64,000 bases of DNA from Lacibacter sp. (GTDB lineage Bacteria; Bacteroidota; Bacteroidia; Chitinophagales; Chitinophagaceae): assembly GCA_046593655.1 (NCBI GenBank), contig JBKJNM010000089.1:3375-67374 (forward strand), read 5' to 3'. The translations under genes and the position numbers were made by a program. Shown piece by piece: positions 1-10,509 of the stretch. The notes under the pieces are model-generated. The model ran no database searches and had not been told where the DNA came from. It saw nothing but the letters and a program-made list of their open reading frames with translations. Positions within the stretch are counted from its first letter, which is position 1. Each line of letters opens with the position of its first letter.

Positions 1-1
1 C

Positions 2-367
<366 letters not shown>

Positions 368-372
368 TAATC

Positions 373-457
373 AAGCTTTAGGCTGCAAGCCTTAAGCCAG
401 AAAGGAAATAATATTATTATGCCAAAAGCGCAAGCCGGCGGCTAAAAGCTAAAAGCA
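373..457. repeat. Two degenerate period-7 arrays in the rpoB-rpoC spacer
   Basis: GC dinucleotides recur at 375/382/389/396 (aagcttt aggctgc aagcctt aagccag) and at 421/428/434/441/448/455 (gccaaaa ... gctaaaa gctaaaa gc). Confidence 0.65.
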
Positions 458-466
458 ATATTTGAT

Positions 467-3400
467 ATGTCATTCAGAAAAGAGAATCGTCAAAGACCAG
501 TTTTTTCAAAAATCACTATTGGACTTGCATCTCCGGATACCATTCTGGAGCGCAGCTTTGGTGAAGTGTTAAAACCTGAAACCATAAACTACCGCACTTA
601 CAAACCAGAGCGTGATGGTTTGTTCTGCGAACGGATTTTTGGGCCGGTAAAAGATTTTGAATGTGCCTGTGGTAAATATAAGCGTATCCGTTACAAGGGT
701 ATTGTGTGCGATCGTTGCGGGGTGGAAGTAACAGAAAAGAAAGTGCGTCGTGAAAGAATGGGTCACATCAAATTAGTTGTACCTGTTGTTCATATTTGGT
801 ACTTCAAATCATTGCCAAATAAAATTGGTTACCTCTTAGGTGTAAGTTCTAAGAAGTTAGAAACCATCGTTTACTACGAACGCTATGTGGTGATTCAACC
901 AGGTGTTAAAGAAACCATGAAGATGGGTGATCTTCTTACTGAAGAAGAATACCTGGATATGCTCGATACTTTACCAAAAGATAACCAGTATTTACCTGAT
1001 GAAGATCCCATGAAATTTATCGCCAAGATGGGTGCTGAAGCGGTGCATGATATGTTGCAGCGTATTGATCTTGATCAGTTGAGTTATGATTTGCGTAATG
1101 CAGCAGCTACTGAAACCTCACAGCAACGTAAAGCAGATGCCTTAAAGCGTTTGAGCGTTGTAGAAGCTTTCCGAGATGCGAATTTAAGAATTACTAACCG
1201 CCCTGAGTGGATGGTAATGCAATACATTCCTGTTATACCACCTGAGCTGCGTCCGTTAGTTCCCTTGGATGGCGGTCGTTTTGCATCTTCTGATCTCAAT
1301 GATTTATATCGTCGTGTAATCATCCGTAATAATCGTTTGAAGCGTTTGCTTGAAATTAAAGCTCCTGAAGTAATCCTTCGGAACGAGAAACGTATGTTAC
1401 AGGAAGCAATTGATAGCTTATTTGATAACTCAAGAAAATCGAATGCTGTTAAAGCAGAAGGTGGCCGTGCATTGAAATCTTTGAGCGATGTGTTGAAAGG
1501 TAAGCAAGGTCGTTTCCGTCAGAACCTTCTTGGTAAGCGTGTTGACTATTCTGGTCGTTCAGTTATCGTTGTAGGTCCTGAATTGAAATTGCATGAGTGT
1601 GGTTTGCCAAAAGATATGGCTGCAGAATTGTTCAAGCCCTTTATCATTCGCAAATTGATTGAAAGAGGTATTGTTAAAACAGTGAAGAGTGCAAGAAAAT
1701 TAGTTGATAAGAAAGAAGCCGTTGTTTGGGATATTCTTGAAAATATATTGAAAGGTCATCCGATCATGTTGAACCGTGCCCCAACATTGCACCGTTTATC
1801 CATCCAGGCTTTTCAACCTAAGTTGATTGAAGGTAAAGCCATTCAATTGCACCCGTTGGTATGTTCTGCATTCAACGCCGATTTTGATGGTGATCAGATG
1901 GCGGTGCATGTTCCTTTGAGTAATGCGGCTGTATTAGAAGCACAGTTGTTGATGCTTGCATCACACAACATCCTCAACCCGCAGAATGGTACTCCAATCA
2001 CACTTCCTTCTCAGGACATGGTGTTGGGATTGTATTATATTTCTAAAGGAAAGAAAACTACTGATACTGAAATTGTAAAAGGAGAAGGCAAAGCATTTTA
2101 TTCACCTGAAGAAGTGATCATTGCTTATAACGAAAAACAAATTGATCTGCACGCTTGGATCAGGGTTCGCCTGAATGTGCGTGAAAACGGACAGATCGTT
2201 AATAAACTTACTGAAACAACTGTAGGTCGTGTAATCTTTAACCAGTTTGTTCCAAAAGAAGTAGGTTTTGTAAATACATTGCTTACGAAGAAAAACCTGC
2301 GTGAAATCATTGGTGATATTATTGAAATCACCAACGTTCCAAAAACTGCAAAGTTCCTGGATGATATTAAAACACTTGGTTTCCGTACTGCCTTCCAGGG
2401 TGGTTTATCGTTCAATATTAACGATCTGCTTGTTCCTGAAATAAAAGAACAGTTGGTTGAAAATGCACAAGGCGAAGTAAATGAAGTATGGGATAGTTAT
2501 AATATGGGTCTCATCACCAACAATGAACGTTATAACCAGATCATTGATATCTGGAGCCGTGTTGATACACGTGTAACAGAAACATTAATCCGTGAAATGG
2601 CCAATGATAAACAAGGATTCAACTCTGTGTTTATGATGTTGGATAGTGGAGCCCGTGGTAGCAAACAACAGGTAAAGCAGCTTGCTGGTATCAGAGGTTT
2701 GATGGCGAAGCCAAGAAAATCAGGTTCTACCGGAAGTGAGATCATTGAAAATCCTGTATTGAGCAATTTTAAAGATGGCTTGAGTGTATTGGATTATTTC
2801 ATCTCAACACATGGTGCCCGTAAAGGTTTGGCCGATACTGCCTTGAAAACAGCTGATGCCGGTTACTTAACCCGTCGTTTGGTTGACGTGGCACAGGATG
2901 TGGTGATCAAAGATGAAGATTGCGGAACACTGCGTGGTATTGCAACCAGTGCATTAAAAGATAATGAAGATGTTATAGAACCATTGAGCGATCGTATTGA
3001 AGGACGTACATCATTGCATGATGTGTATGAACCGCATTCAGATTCATTAATTGTTGCAGGAGGTTCAGAAATTTCATCAGCTATTGCCAAGCAAATTGAA
3101 GAAAGTGGTATTGAAACAGTTGAAATACGGTCTGTTTTAACCTGCGAAAGCAAGCGTGGTGTGTGTGTAAAGTGTTATGGTAAAAACCTCGCTACAGGTG
3201 CAATTGCGCAGAAAGGTGATGCAGTTGGTATCATTGCTGCACAATCAATTGGTGAACCGGGTACACAGTTAACACTTCGTACGTTCCACGTAGGTGGTGT
3301 GGCTGGTTCTGCTTCGGTTGAATCATCCTTGCCTGCAAAATTTGATGGTACTATCCAGTTTGATGGTTTACGTACTGTAAATGCAGTAAACAATGAAGGC

Positions 3401-4753
3401 AGCAAAGTTCAATTGGTTATTGGTCGTACAGGTGAAGTAAGGATCATGGATGTGAAGAATGATCGCTTGCTGATTACCAATAACATTCCTTATGGTGCAA
3501 CACTTTCTGTAAAAGAAGGTCACCAGATTAAGAAGGGTGAAATCATCTGTACATGGGATCCGTTCAATAACGTAATTGTTGCAGAAATTGCGGGTACAAT
3601 CAAATTAGAAAATATCCTGGATGGCATTACTTACCGTGAACAGGCCGATGAACAAACAGGTCACCGTGAAAAAGTAGTGATTGAAACAAAAGATAAAACA
3701 AAGATCCCTGCCATTTTAGTTGAAGGTGGTAAAGAAGTAAAATCATACAATCTTCCCGTTGGTTCACATATTGTGATTGAAGAAGGTGAACAAGTTACTG
3801 CAGGTCAGGTATTGGTGAAAATTCCACGTGTACTCGGTAAGCTTCGTGATATCACAGGTGGTCTTCCACGTGTAACTGAACTGTTTGAAGCAAGAAATCC
3901 CGGAAATCCGGCTGTTGTTTCTGAAATTGATGGAGTGGTTACGTTTGGTTCTATCAAGCGTGGTAACAGGGAAATCATCGTTACAAGTAAGGATGATGTA
4001 ACCAAGAAATATCTTGTACCTCTTACACGCCAGATCCTTGCACAGGAAGGCGATTTCATCAAAGCTGGTATTCCTTTAAGTGATGGAGCAATTGCACCTG
4101 CTGATATCTTAACGATCAAAGGGCCTTTTGCTGTACAGGAATATGTGGTGAATGAAATTCAGGAAGTATATCGTTTACAAGGTGTGCGTATTAATGATAA
4201 ACACATTGAGGTAATTGTTCGTCAAATGATGAAGAAAGTAGAGATCATTGATGCTGGTGATACGAAATTCTTAGAAGAAGACCTGGTTGATCGTTTTGAA
4301 TTTAATGAAGAGAACGATCGCATCTTCGATAAAAAAGTAGTTACAGATCCGGGTGATAGCCACAAGGTACGTCCGGGCCAGATTGTAACTGTTCGTGAAT
4401 ATCGTGAAGAGAACAGCCAGTTACGCCGTGCAGATAAAAAGCTGATTGAAGTGAGAGATGCGCATTCATCAACAGCACAACCGGTGCTGCTTGGAATCAC
4501 TAAAGCTTCACTGGGCGTACAAAGCTGGATTTCTGCCGCATCATTCCAGGAAACAACCAAGGTATTAAGCACAGCAGCTATTGAAGGTAAAACCGATGAG
4601 CTGTTAGGCTTGAAAGAAAACGTTATCACTGGTCACCCGATTCCTGCAGGTACAGGCTTGCGTGAATTTGAAAACATGATCGTTGGTAGCAAAGAAGAAT
4701 ATGAGTTACTTCTTACAACCAAAGAAGCCATGAGCTTTGATGATGAAGAATAA
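467..4753 (+). CDS. rpoC: RNA polymerase beta-prime subunit
   Basis: 1428 aa; N-terminal Zn finger (CACGKYK...CDRCGVE), catalytic [20 protein letters not shown]. Confidence 0.99.
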   Translation: MSFRKENRQRPVFSKITIGLASPDTILERSFGEVLKPETINYRTYKPERDGLFCERIFGPVKDFECACGKYKRIRYKGIVCDRCGVEVTEKKVRRERMGHIKLVVPVVHIWYFKSLPNKIGYLLGVSSKKLETIVYYERYVVIQPGVKETMKMGDLLTEEEYLDMLDTLPKDNQYLPDEDPMKFIAKMGAEAVHDMLQRIDLDQLSYDLRNAAATETSQQRKADALKRLSVVEAFRDANLRITNRPEWMVMQYIPVIPPELRPLVPLDGGRFASSDLNDLYRRVIIRNNRLKRLLEIKAPEVILRNEKRMLQEAIDSLFDNSRKSNAVKAEGGRALKSLSDVLKGKQGRFRQNLLGKRVDYSGRSVIVVGPELKLHECGLPKDMAAELFKPFIIRKLIERGIVKTVKSARKLVDKKEAVVWDILENILKGHPIMLNRAPTLHRLSIQAFQPKLIEGKAIQLHPLVCSAFNADFDGDQMAVHVPLSNAAVLEAQLLMLASHNILNPQNGTPITLPSQDMVLGLYYISKGKKTTDTEIVKGEGKAFYSPEEVIIAYNEKQIDLHAWIRVRLNVRENGQIVNKLTETTVGRVIFNQFVPKEVGFVNTLLTKKNLREIIGDIIEITNVPKTAKFLDDIKTLGFRTAFQGGLSFNINDLLVPEIKEQLVENAQGEVNEVWDSYNMGLITNNERYNQIIDIWSRVDTRVTETLIREMANDKQGFNSVFMMLDSGARGSKQQVKQLAGIRGLMAKPRKSGSTGSEIIENPVLSNFKDGLSVLDYFISTHGARKGLADTALKTADAGYLTRRLVDVAQDVVIKDEDCGTLRGIATSALKDNEDVIEPLSDRIEGRTSLHDVYEPHSDSLIVAGGSEISSAIAKQIEESGIETVEIRSVLTCESKRGVCVKCYGKNLATGAIAQKGDAVGIIAAQSIGEPGTQLTLRTFHVGGVAGSASVESSLPAKFDGTIQFDGLRTVNAVNNEGSKVQLVIGRTGEVRIMDVKNDRLLITNNIPYGATLSVKEGHQIKKGEIICTWDPFNNVIVAEIAGTIKLENILDGITYREQADEQTGHREKVVIETKDKTKIPAILVEGGKEVKSYNLPVGSHIVIEEGEQVTAGQVLVKIPRVLGKLRDITGGLPRVTELFEARNPGNPAVVSEIDGVVTFGSIKRGNREIIVTSKDDVTKKYLVPLTRQILAQEGDFIKAGIPLSDGAIAPADILTIKGPFAVQEYVVNEIQEVYRLQGVRINDKHIEVIVRQMMKKVEIIDAGDTKFLEEDLVDRFEFNEENDRIFDKKVVTDPGDSHKVRPGQIVTVREYREENSQLRRADKKLIEVRDAHSSTAQPVLLGITKASLGVQSWISAASFQETTKVLSTAAIEGKTDELLGLKENVITGHPIPAGTGLREFENMIVGSKEEYELLLTTKEAMSFDDEE

Positions 4754-4775
4754 TTTATAAGATGATATAAGATGA

Positions 4776-4808
4776 GAGTTCTCCGAATATCGGAGGACTC
4801 TTTTTTTG
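4776..4808 (+). terminator. Intrinsic terminator of rpoBC
   Basis: GAGTTCTCCG-AATAT-CGGAGGACTC stem-loop followed by T8. Confidence 0.9.
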
Positions 4809-4880
4809 CTGTTAACAGTATCCTAAAACTTTATTCAATTTTTATCACTCGTTCATATTCCTTTACTTTGCCACCTGATT

Positions 4881-5492
4881 ATGAAAAGTGTTCAACCGAT
4901 ATTATTGTTATTACTCACTGCTGCTGTTGCAGTGTTATTTGTGCTGCATTTCTCCGGGAAAAAAGTTGCTGTAGTAGCTTCAAAAACAGAAGCAAAAGAC
5001 AGTGTTTCCGTTCCGGCACAGCAATTACGTGTTGCTTATATTGATCTTGATTCTATTCAAAAATATTACGAATATTTTAAGCTCAGGAATGATGATATTG
5101 AAAGGGATAAACAGAGGATCGAAAATCAGATCCAGAGTGAATTAAATAAACTTGAAAAAGATCGTGTTGAGTTTTTAAAAAAAGGTCAGGCCATTACACA
5201 GGTTGATGCTGAAAAGTTTCAGCAGGAGTATCAAACAAGGTATCAGCAAATTGGTCAACGCCAGCAAACATTGCAGGGCCAGCACCTGGAAAACCAGGCC
5301 AAAGCAATTGATGACATTCAGAAAAGAATCAACGATTATCTCAAAGAATATAACAAGTCCGGTAAATACAATTTCATCTTCTCCACCGGCGAAGGCAATC
5401 TTACACTGTATTATAAAGATTCCGCTTTCAATATTACTACTGAAGTAATAAAGGGGCTCAATGATACCTACCGCCAAACCAGGAAGAAATAA
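4881..5492 (+). CDS. skp: OmpH/Skp family periplasmic chaperone
   Basis: N-terminal hydrophobic anchor, RVAYIDLDSI motif, long coiled coil, YNFIF...NITTEVIKGLN C-terminus. Confidence 0.85.
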   Translation: MKSVQPILLLLLTAAVAVLFVLHFSGKKVAVVASKTEAKDSVSVPAQQLRVAYIDLDSIQKYYEYFKLRNDDIERDKQRIENQIQSELNKLEKDRVEFLKKGQAITQVDAEKFQQEYQTRYQQIGQRQQTLQGQHLENQAKAIDDIQKRINDYLKEYNKSGKYNFIFSTGEGNLTLYYKDSAFNITTEVIKGLNDTYRQTRKK

Positions 5493-5546
5493 GGTTTCAG
5501 ATTAATCCTTATCTTCCGTTTCAATTTTTGAAACCAAATCATTGCT

Positions 5547-6956
5547 ATGTCTTCAGAAAAAGAATTTAAACCGTCGCTCAGTTTATTTGACGCAACTATG
5601 GTGGTTGCCGGTTCTATGATCGGCTCCGGGATATTTATTGTAAGCGCTGATATTACAAGGAATGTGGGTAGTGCAGGTTGGCTGATTGTTGTTTGGTTGC
5701 TCACAGGCTTTATGACTTTAACGGCTGCTGTAAGTTACGGTGAGTTAAGTGGCATGTATCCCAAAGCAGGTGGACAGTATGTGTATCTGAAAGAAGCTTA
5801 TAATCCATTGGTTGGATTTTTATATGGTTGGAGTTTCTTCACCGTTATTCAAACAGCAACCATTGCAGCCGTTGGGGTTGCCTTTTCAAAATTCATGGCC
5901 TATTTAATTCCCGGTGTAAGTGAAGATCTTGTTGCATTTGATTTGGGCTTCCTTAAAATTTCTCCTGCACAACTTGTTTCTATTGCATTGATCTTCCTGC
6001 TCACCTTTATTAATACAAGAGGTGTGAAAGAAGGAAAATATATTCAAACAACTTTTACGGTTACAAAACTGCTGAGTTTATTTGGCCTGATTATTTTTGG
6101 ATTGATTCTGATGAAAGGAGATGTATGGTCAGCTAACTGGAATGATGCATGGAATATTCAATCATTAAGTAAAGATGGAACTACCGCCAGTTATACAACC
6201 ATTGCAGCGTTAGGGGCAATTGCAGCTGCCATGGTAGGTTCTATCTTCAGCAGTGATGCATGGAACAATGTTACATTCATTGCAGGTGAAATAAAAAATC
6301 CAAAACGCAATATTGGCTTGAGTTTATTCCTGGGCACATTGATCGTTACGATCATTTATGTTTCTGCCAATGTGATGTACACAGCCGTTCTTCCGTTACA
6401 GGAAATTGCATCGGCAGAAAAAGACAGGGTGGCGGTTGCAGCATCAAACGTCATCTTTGGCAACGCAGGAACCATCATCATTGCATTGATGATCATGGTT
6501 TCAACCTTTGGTTGTAACAATGGATTGATCCTTGCGGGGGCAAGGGTATATTACACTATGGCAAAGGATGGATTGTTTTTTAAACAGGCTGGTGAACTGA
6601 ATAAGTTTGCAGTACCACAATGGAGTTTGTGGGTACAATGTATCATTGCCTGTTTATGGAGTGTGAGTGGAAAATATGGTCAGCTCTTAGATATGATTTC
6701 ATTTGTAGTGGTGTTGTTTTATATGCTCACTATTGCTGGTATTTTCATCCTTCGTAAAAAACGACCCGATATGGAACGGCCGTATAAAGCTTTTGGGTAC
6801 CCGTTATTGCCAATATTGTATATCATGATGGGGCTTGCATTTTGCATCCTCTTAATCGTTTTTAAACCTGAATTTACCTGGCCTGGATTAATTATTGTAC
6901 TGATCGGTATTCCTGTTTATTATCTTGCAGTAGCAACGAAAAAGAAACCAGCTTAA
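5547..6956 (+). CDS. APC family amino acid permease
   Basis: GSMIGSGIF (TM1), GELSGMYPKAGGQYVYLKEAY, GEIKNPKRN, RPYKAFGYP; about 12 hydrophobic segments. Confidence 0.93.
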   Translation: MSSEKEFKPSLSLFDATMVVAGSMIGSGIFIVSADITRNVGSAGWLIVVWLLTGFMTLTAAVSYGELSGMYPKAGGQYVYLKEAYNPLVGFLYGWSFFTVIQTATIAAVGVAFSKFMAYLIPGVSEDLVAFDLGFLKISPAQLVSIALIFLLTFINTRGVKEGKYIQTTFTVTKLLSLFGLIIFGLILMKGDVWSANWNDAWNIQSLSKDGTTASYTTIAALGAIAAAMVGSIFSSDAWNNVTFIAGEIKNPKRNIGLSLFLGTLIVTIIYVSANVMYTAVLPLQEIASAEKDRVAVAASNVIFGNAGTIIIALMIMVSTFGCNNGLILAGARVYYTMAKDGLFFKQAGELNKFAVPQWSLWVQCIIACLWSVSGKYGQLLDMISFVVVLFYMLTIAGIFILRKKRPDMERPYKAFGYPLLPILYIMMGLAFCILLIVFKPEFTWPGLIIVLIGIPVYYLAVATKKKPA

Positions 6957-6961
6957 AAAGT

Positions 6962-7957
6962 ATGAGTGCTGTAAACTTTGATCAGTTATTTGAACAACTA
7001 ACACAATTGAAGGTTGGAGTAATTGGTGATGTGATGCTTGATACCTATATGTGGGGTCATGTTGAACGGATTTCTCCTGAAGCTCCTGTTCCTGTCGTTT
7101 CATTAGATAAGAAAGAATATCGCATTGGCGGTGCAGCCAATGTAGCCTTGAACATTGCTTCACTTGGTGCTGCAGTATCTATGTTGAGTGTTGTTGGGAA
7201 TGATGATGAAGGAAAAATGTTGCGTCAACTGCTGGATGAAAAAAAGATCAAAACAGATTTTTTACTCAGCAGCCCTAAGCGCATCACAACCAATAAAACC
7301 CGGATCATCAGCCGTAACCAGCAAATGATGCGGTTAGATAATGAAATTACGCATGACCTTTGGTTTGAAGATGAAAACAGGTTGATCCTGGCATTGCAAA
7401 CTTTTATCGCACAGGAAAATCCGGATGTGTTCATTTTTGAAGATTATAATAAAGGCGTACTCACTGAATTGATTATTCAAAAAGCAATTGATCTGTGTAA
7501 GCATAATGGGATTATTACAACAGTTGATCCTAAACGAAAGAATTTCTTCAGCTTCAAAGGAGTTGATTTGTTCAAACCCAATTTAAAAGAAGTAAAAGAA
7601 GGTTTGAATTTATTGATTGATGATGTAAATGAAGAAGCATTGAAGTCGATTCATGAGAAACTCAGAGAACAACTGCAACATCATACTTCCTTTATTACAC
7701 TTTCAGAAAAAGGAGTGTTTTATAATAATGAAACAGAAGCTGGCATCATTCCCACACATATACGCAACATTGCTGATGTAAGTGGTGCAGGCGATACAGT
7801 GATTGCTGTTGCCTCGTTGGTTTATGCTGCAGCAAAGGATGTAAAGCTAATGGCTGAAATAGCAAACATTGCCGGTGGGTTGGTTTGTGAAGAAGTAGGC
7901 ACTGCTGCCATCAATAAAGAACAATTGTTACAGGAGTGCAAACGACTCCTGAATTAA
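6962..7957 (+). CDS. rfaE1: Heptose-7-phosphate kinase (stand-alone RfaE/HldE domain I, PfkB family)
   Basis: GDVMLDTYMWGHVERISPEAPVPVV, GGAANVA, DYNKGVL, DVSGAGDTV. Confidence 0.88.
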   Translation: MSAVNFDQLFEQLTQLKVGVIGDVMLDTYMWGHVERISPEAPVPVVSLDKKEYRIGGAANVALNIASLGAAVSMLSVVGNDDEGKMLRQLLDEKKIKTDFLLSSPKRITTNKTRIISRNQQMMRLDNEITHDLWFEDENRLILALQTFIAQENPDVFIFEDYNKGVLTELIIQKAIDLCKHNGIITTVDPKRKNFFSFKGVDLFKPNLKEVKEGLNLLIDDVNEEALKSIHEKLREQLQHHTSFITLSEKGVFYNNETEAGIIPTHIRNIADVSGAGDTVIAVASLVYAAAKDVKLMAEIANIAGGLVCEEVGTAAINKEQLLQECKRLLN

Positions 7958-7964
7958 AAAATAC

Positions 7965-8894
7965 ATGCAAACATTTTCAATAGCCATACACGGAGGTGCA
8001 GGAACGATCCTGAAAAAAGATCTTACTCCTGAGCTGGAAGCAGCTTACAGCAAGGGCTTAGGGGAGGCATTAACCTCAGGCTACAGTATTTTAGAAAGAG
8101 GAGGCACAGCCTTAGCAGCGATTACTGCTGCAACTGTTTCATTAGAAGATTGCAGCCTTTTTAATGCAGGCAAAGGCTCAGTATTTACAAAAACCGGAAC
8201 ACATGAAATGGATGCTGCCATCATGGACGGTAAAACTTTAGGTGCCGGTGCAGTGGCAGGAGTAGGTTCTGTTAAAAATCCCGTTGAACTTGCTTTAGCT
8301 ATCATGCAACAAAGTGAGCATGTACTATTAAGTGGTAAAGGTGCTTTGCAATTTGCAAAACAATATGGATTGAAAACAGAAGATGAAGCCTATTTCTTTT
8401 CGCAGTTCAGGTATGATCAATGGCAGCTGGTAAAAAATGAAGATACAGTTGCATTGGACCATAATATTCAAACAGAAAAAAAATTTGGAACAGTTGGAGC
8501 TGTCGCCTGTGATGCATTTGGAAATCTTGCAGCAGCAACAAGCACCGGAGGCATGACCAATAAAAATTACAATCGTATCGGCGATACGCCAATCATAGGA
8601 GCAGGTACCTATGCCAACAATCAAACCTGTGCTATTTCATGTACGGGGCATGGCGAACTCTTTATAAAAGCGGTTGCGGCTTATGATGTAAGTTGTTTAA
8701 TGGAATATAAAGGAATGACATTACAAGAGGCAATGGAAATGGTTACATTGGATAAGCTTGTAAAAATAAATGGTGAAGGTGGAATGGTTGGTGCAGATGC
8801 AAAAGGGAATACCGCACTTGTTTTCAATAGTGAAGGTATGTACCGTGCCATGCAAAACAGCAAAGGCGAAAAACAAATTGCCATCTACCGATAA
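7965..8894 (+). CDS. iaaA: Isoaspartyl peptidase / L-asparaginase (Ntn hydrolase)
   Basis: IAIHGGAG, FNAGKGSV, autoproteolytic GTVGAVA, ATSTGG, RIGDTPIIGAGTYA. Confidence 0.93.
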   Translation: MQTFSIAIHGGAGTILKKDLTPELEAAYSKGLGEALTSGYSILERGGTALAAITAATVSLEDCSLFNAGKGSVFTKTGTHEMDAAIMDGKTLGAGAVAGVGSVKNPVELALAIMQQSEHVLLSGKGALQFAKQYGLKTEDEAYFFSQFRYDQWQLVKNEDTVALDHNIQTEKKFGTVGAVACDAFGNLAAATSTGGMTNKNYNRIGDTPIIGAGTYANNQTCAISCTGHGELFIKAVAAYDVSCLMEYKGMTLQEAMEMVTLDKLVKINGEGGMVGADAKGNTALVFNSEGMYRAMQNSKGEKQIAIYR

Positions 8895-8906
8895 ATAACG
8901 CTCACT

Positions 8907-8914
8907 TATCTTTG
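8907..8914 (+). promoter_or_regulatory. Bacteroidota housekeeping -7 element (TAnnTTTG) of ispD
   Basis: TATCTTTG, 5 nt before the ATG at 8920. Confidence 0.7.
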
Positions 8915-8919
8915 TACGT

Positions 8920-9585
8920 ATGCAAACATATGCTGTAATTGTGGCCGGCGGCGCCGGCAAGCGAATGGGATCTGTACTTCCCAAGCAATTTTTACTACTG
9001 AAGAATAAACCTGTTCTGTATTATACGATCAATGCTTTTTTGAAAGCTGTTCCCGGTATTCAGGTAATCATTGTATTGCCTGAAGAACACCTGGAGTTGG
9101 GAAAAGAGATTGTTGATGGTTTTTTTTATGAACAGTCTATTCAATTAACCGTTGGTGGTGAAACCAGGTTTCATTCCGTGCAAAACGGATTAAAGCTGAT
9201 CAGTGAAGAATCAATCATTTTTGTTCATGATGGTGTGCGTTGTTTGGTGAGTGAAGAACTCATTCAACGTTGCTATGCCACTGCTCTCGAAACAGGGAGT
9301 GCTATTCCTGCTATTGAATGCAGGGATAGTGTAAGAATGATTATAGAAGCAGGTAATGATCCGGTTGACAGAACAAAACTCCGGTTTGTTCAAACGCCAC
9401 AAACCTTTCATAGTAAGATACTACTGCCTGCATTTGCCATTGATTATAAAGAACGGTTTACCGATGAAGCCAATGTTGTAGAAGCTTTTGGTTTAAAAGT
9501 TACATTGGTGCAGGGAGAACAAACTAATATTAAAATTACCAACCCAATGGATATGATTATTGCTGAAAATATGTTGGATAAATAA
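8920..9585 (+). CDS. ispD: 2-C-methyl-D-erythritol 4-phosphate cytidylyltransferase
   Basis: IVAGGAGKRMGSVLPKQFL, RFHSVQNGL, VHDGVR, QTPQTF, NIKITNPMD. Confidence 0.93.
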   Translation: MQTYAVIVAGGAGKRMGSVLPKQFLLLKNKPVLYYTINAFLKAVPGIQVIIVLPEEHLELGKEIVDGFFYEQSIQLTVGGETRFHSVQNGLKLISEESIIFVHDGVRCLVSEELIQRCYATALETGSAIPAIECRDSVRMIIEAGNDPVDRTKLRFVQTPQTFHSKILLPAFAIDYKERFTDEANVVEAFGLKVTLVQGEQTNIKITNPMDMIIAENMLDK

Positions 9586-9591
9586 TTTTCA

Positions 9592-10509
9592 TTACTCCTT
9601 CATCCATCTCAACAATTTCGGTAACCTGTTCATTCGAAGTGCCGGGTATCTTTCTTCATATGCTCCATAACTATTGTAAAAGAAAGCAAGATTCCTGATT
9701 TCGCTGCCCTCAAAGTCAAGCAGGGCATAAGTTTCAGCATGGTTAAAAATAAACCGGTCGATTAGATAATGCGAAGCTCCCAATGTTTTTCCATTTGGAT
9801 GATTGCCCACAAGAATATAATACCACCGATGATGTGAATAAAGGAATGCAGCAGAAGCAAGCAGTTGATTGCTGGCGGAATAAATGCCGATGGTTTCTGC
9901 CTTTTGTTTTTTTTCTGCCATGTCAAATACTTTTTTAAAGCGGTTGAGCTGTTCATCTGTTATGGAAGAAATCCGTTGCATGGTTTCCTTCGCAAGCAAT
10001 AGAATTTCATCGAGCCCGATTCCATCTTTTACAATCAATTTACCTGTTTCAGCTTTTTTAATATTACGTTTCAGATTCGAGCGGTAGTCATTACTGATAG
10101 CTTCATAATTATTGTGTAAGGAAAGCACATAATTTATACGGATGGTAAAGGGATATGCCTGCATGCTGAATAAGTTATCTTTATTCAGATAGATATCATA
10201 GTATTTAAACTTATCCGGAATCGTTTTTAAAAACGACTCTACTGTAACTGATTCAATTTTGTTTTTTGAGAAAATACCAAGACTCGCACAGAAATAAGGT
10301 TGAAATAAATAATGAATACCATATTTCTTATTCCATGTAAGCGGCATTACGGCTTCATAATCATTCAGCACCAATGCATCCCATTGATCAGCCATGGCAT
10401 CTAGGTACCATGAGTAACTATAGATCAATCCGTTTGATGAAAGCTCAATGCATTCATCCCATTTGTTTTTGTCAATCTCTGTTTGTTGTATGTATCGGAT
10501 TTGCTGCAT
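9592..10509 (-). CDS. Hypothetical GNAT/FemAB-like fold protein
   Basis: IDKNKWDECI...IYSYSWYLD N-terminus, RSNLKRNIKKA, LLASAAF, LLDFEGS..LAFFYNSYGA pattern of tandem-GNAT proteins; substrate unknown. Confidence 0.6.
   Translation of the reverse strand: MQQIRYIQQTEIDKNKWDECIELSSNGLIYSYSWYLDAMADQWDALVLNDYEAVMPLTWNKKYGIHYLFQPYFCASLGIFSKNKIESVTVESFLKTIPDKFKYYDIYLNKDNLFSMQAYPFTIRINYVLSLHNNYEAISNDYRSNLKRNIKKAETGKLIVKDGIGLDEILLLAKETMQRISSITDEQLNRFKKVFDMAEKKQKAETIGIYSASNQLLASAAFLYSHHRWYYILVGNHPNGKTLGASHYLIDRFIFNHAETYALLDFEGSEIRNLAFFYNSYGAYEERYPALRMNRLPKLLRWMKE

Noticed and set aside
467-4753. Intein or unusual insertion in RpoC; several antisense ORFs of 65-135 aa
   Set aside because: Length and motifs fit an ordinary Bacteroidota beta-prime; antisense ORFs are shadows of the coding frame.
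4756-4775. 10-bp tandem duplication TATAAGATGA x2 after rpoC
   Set aside because: Two copies only, not period 7, no other occurrence noticed.
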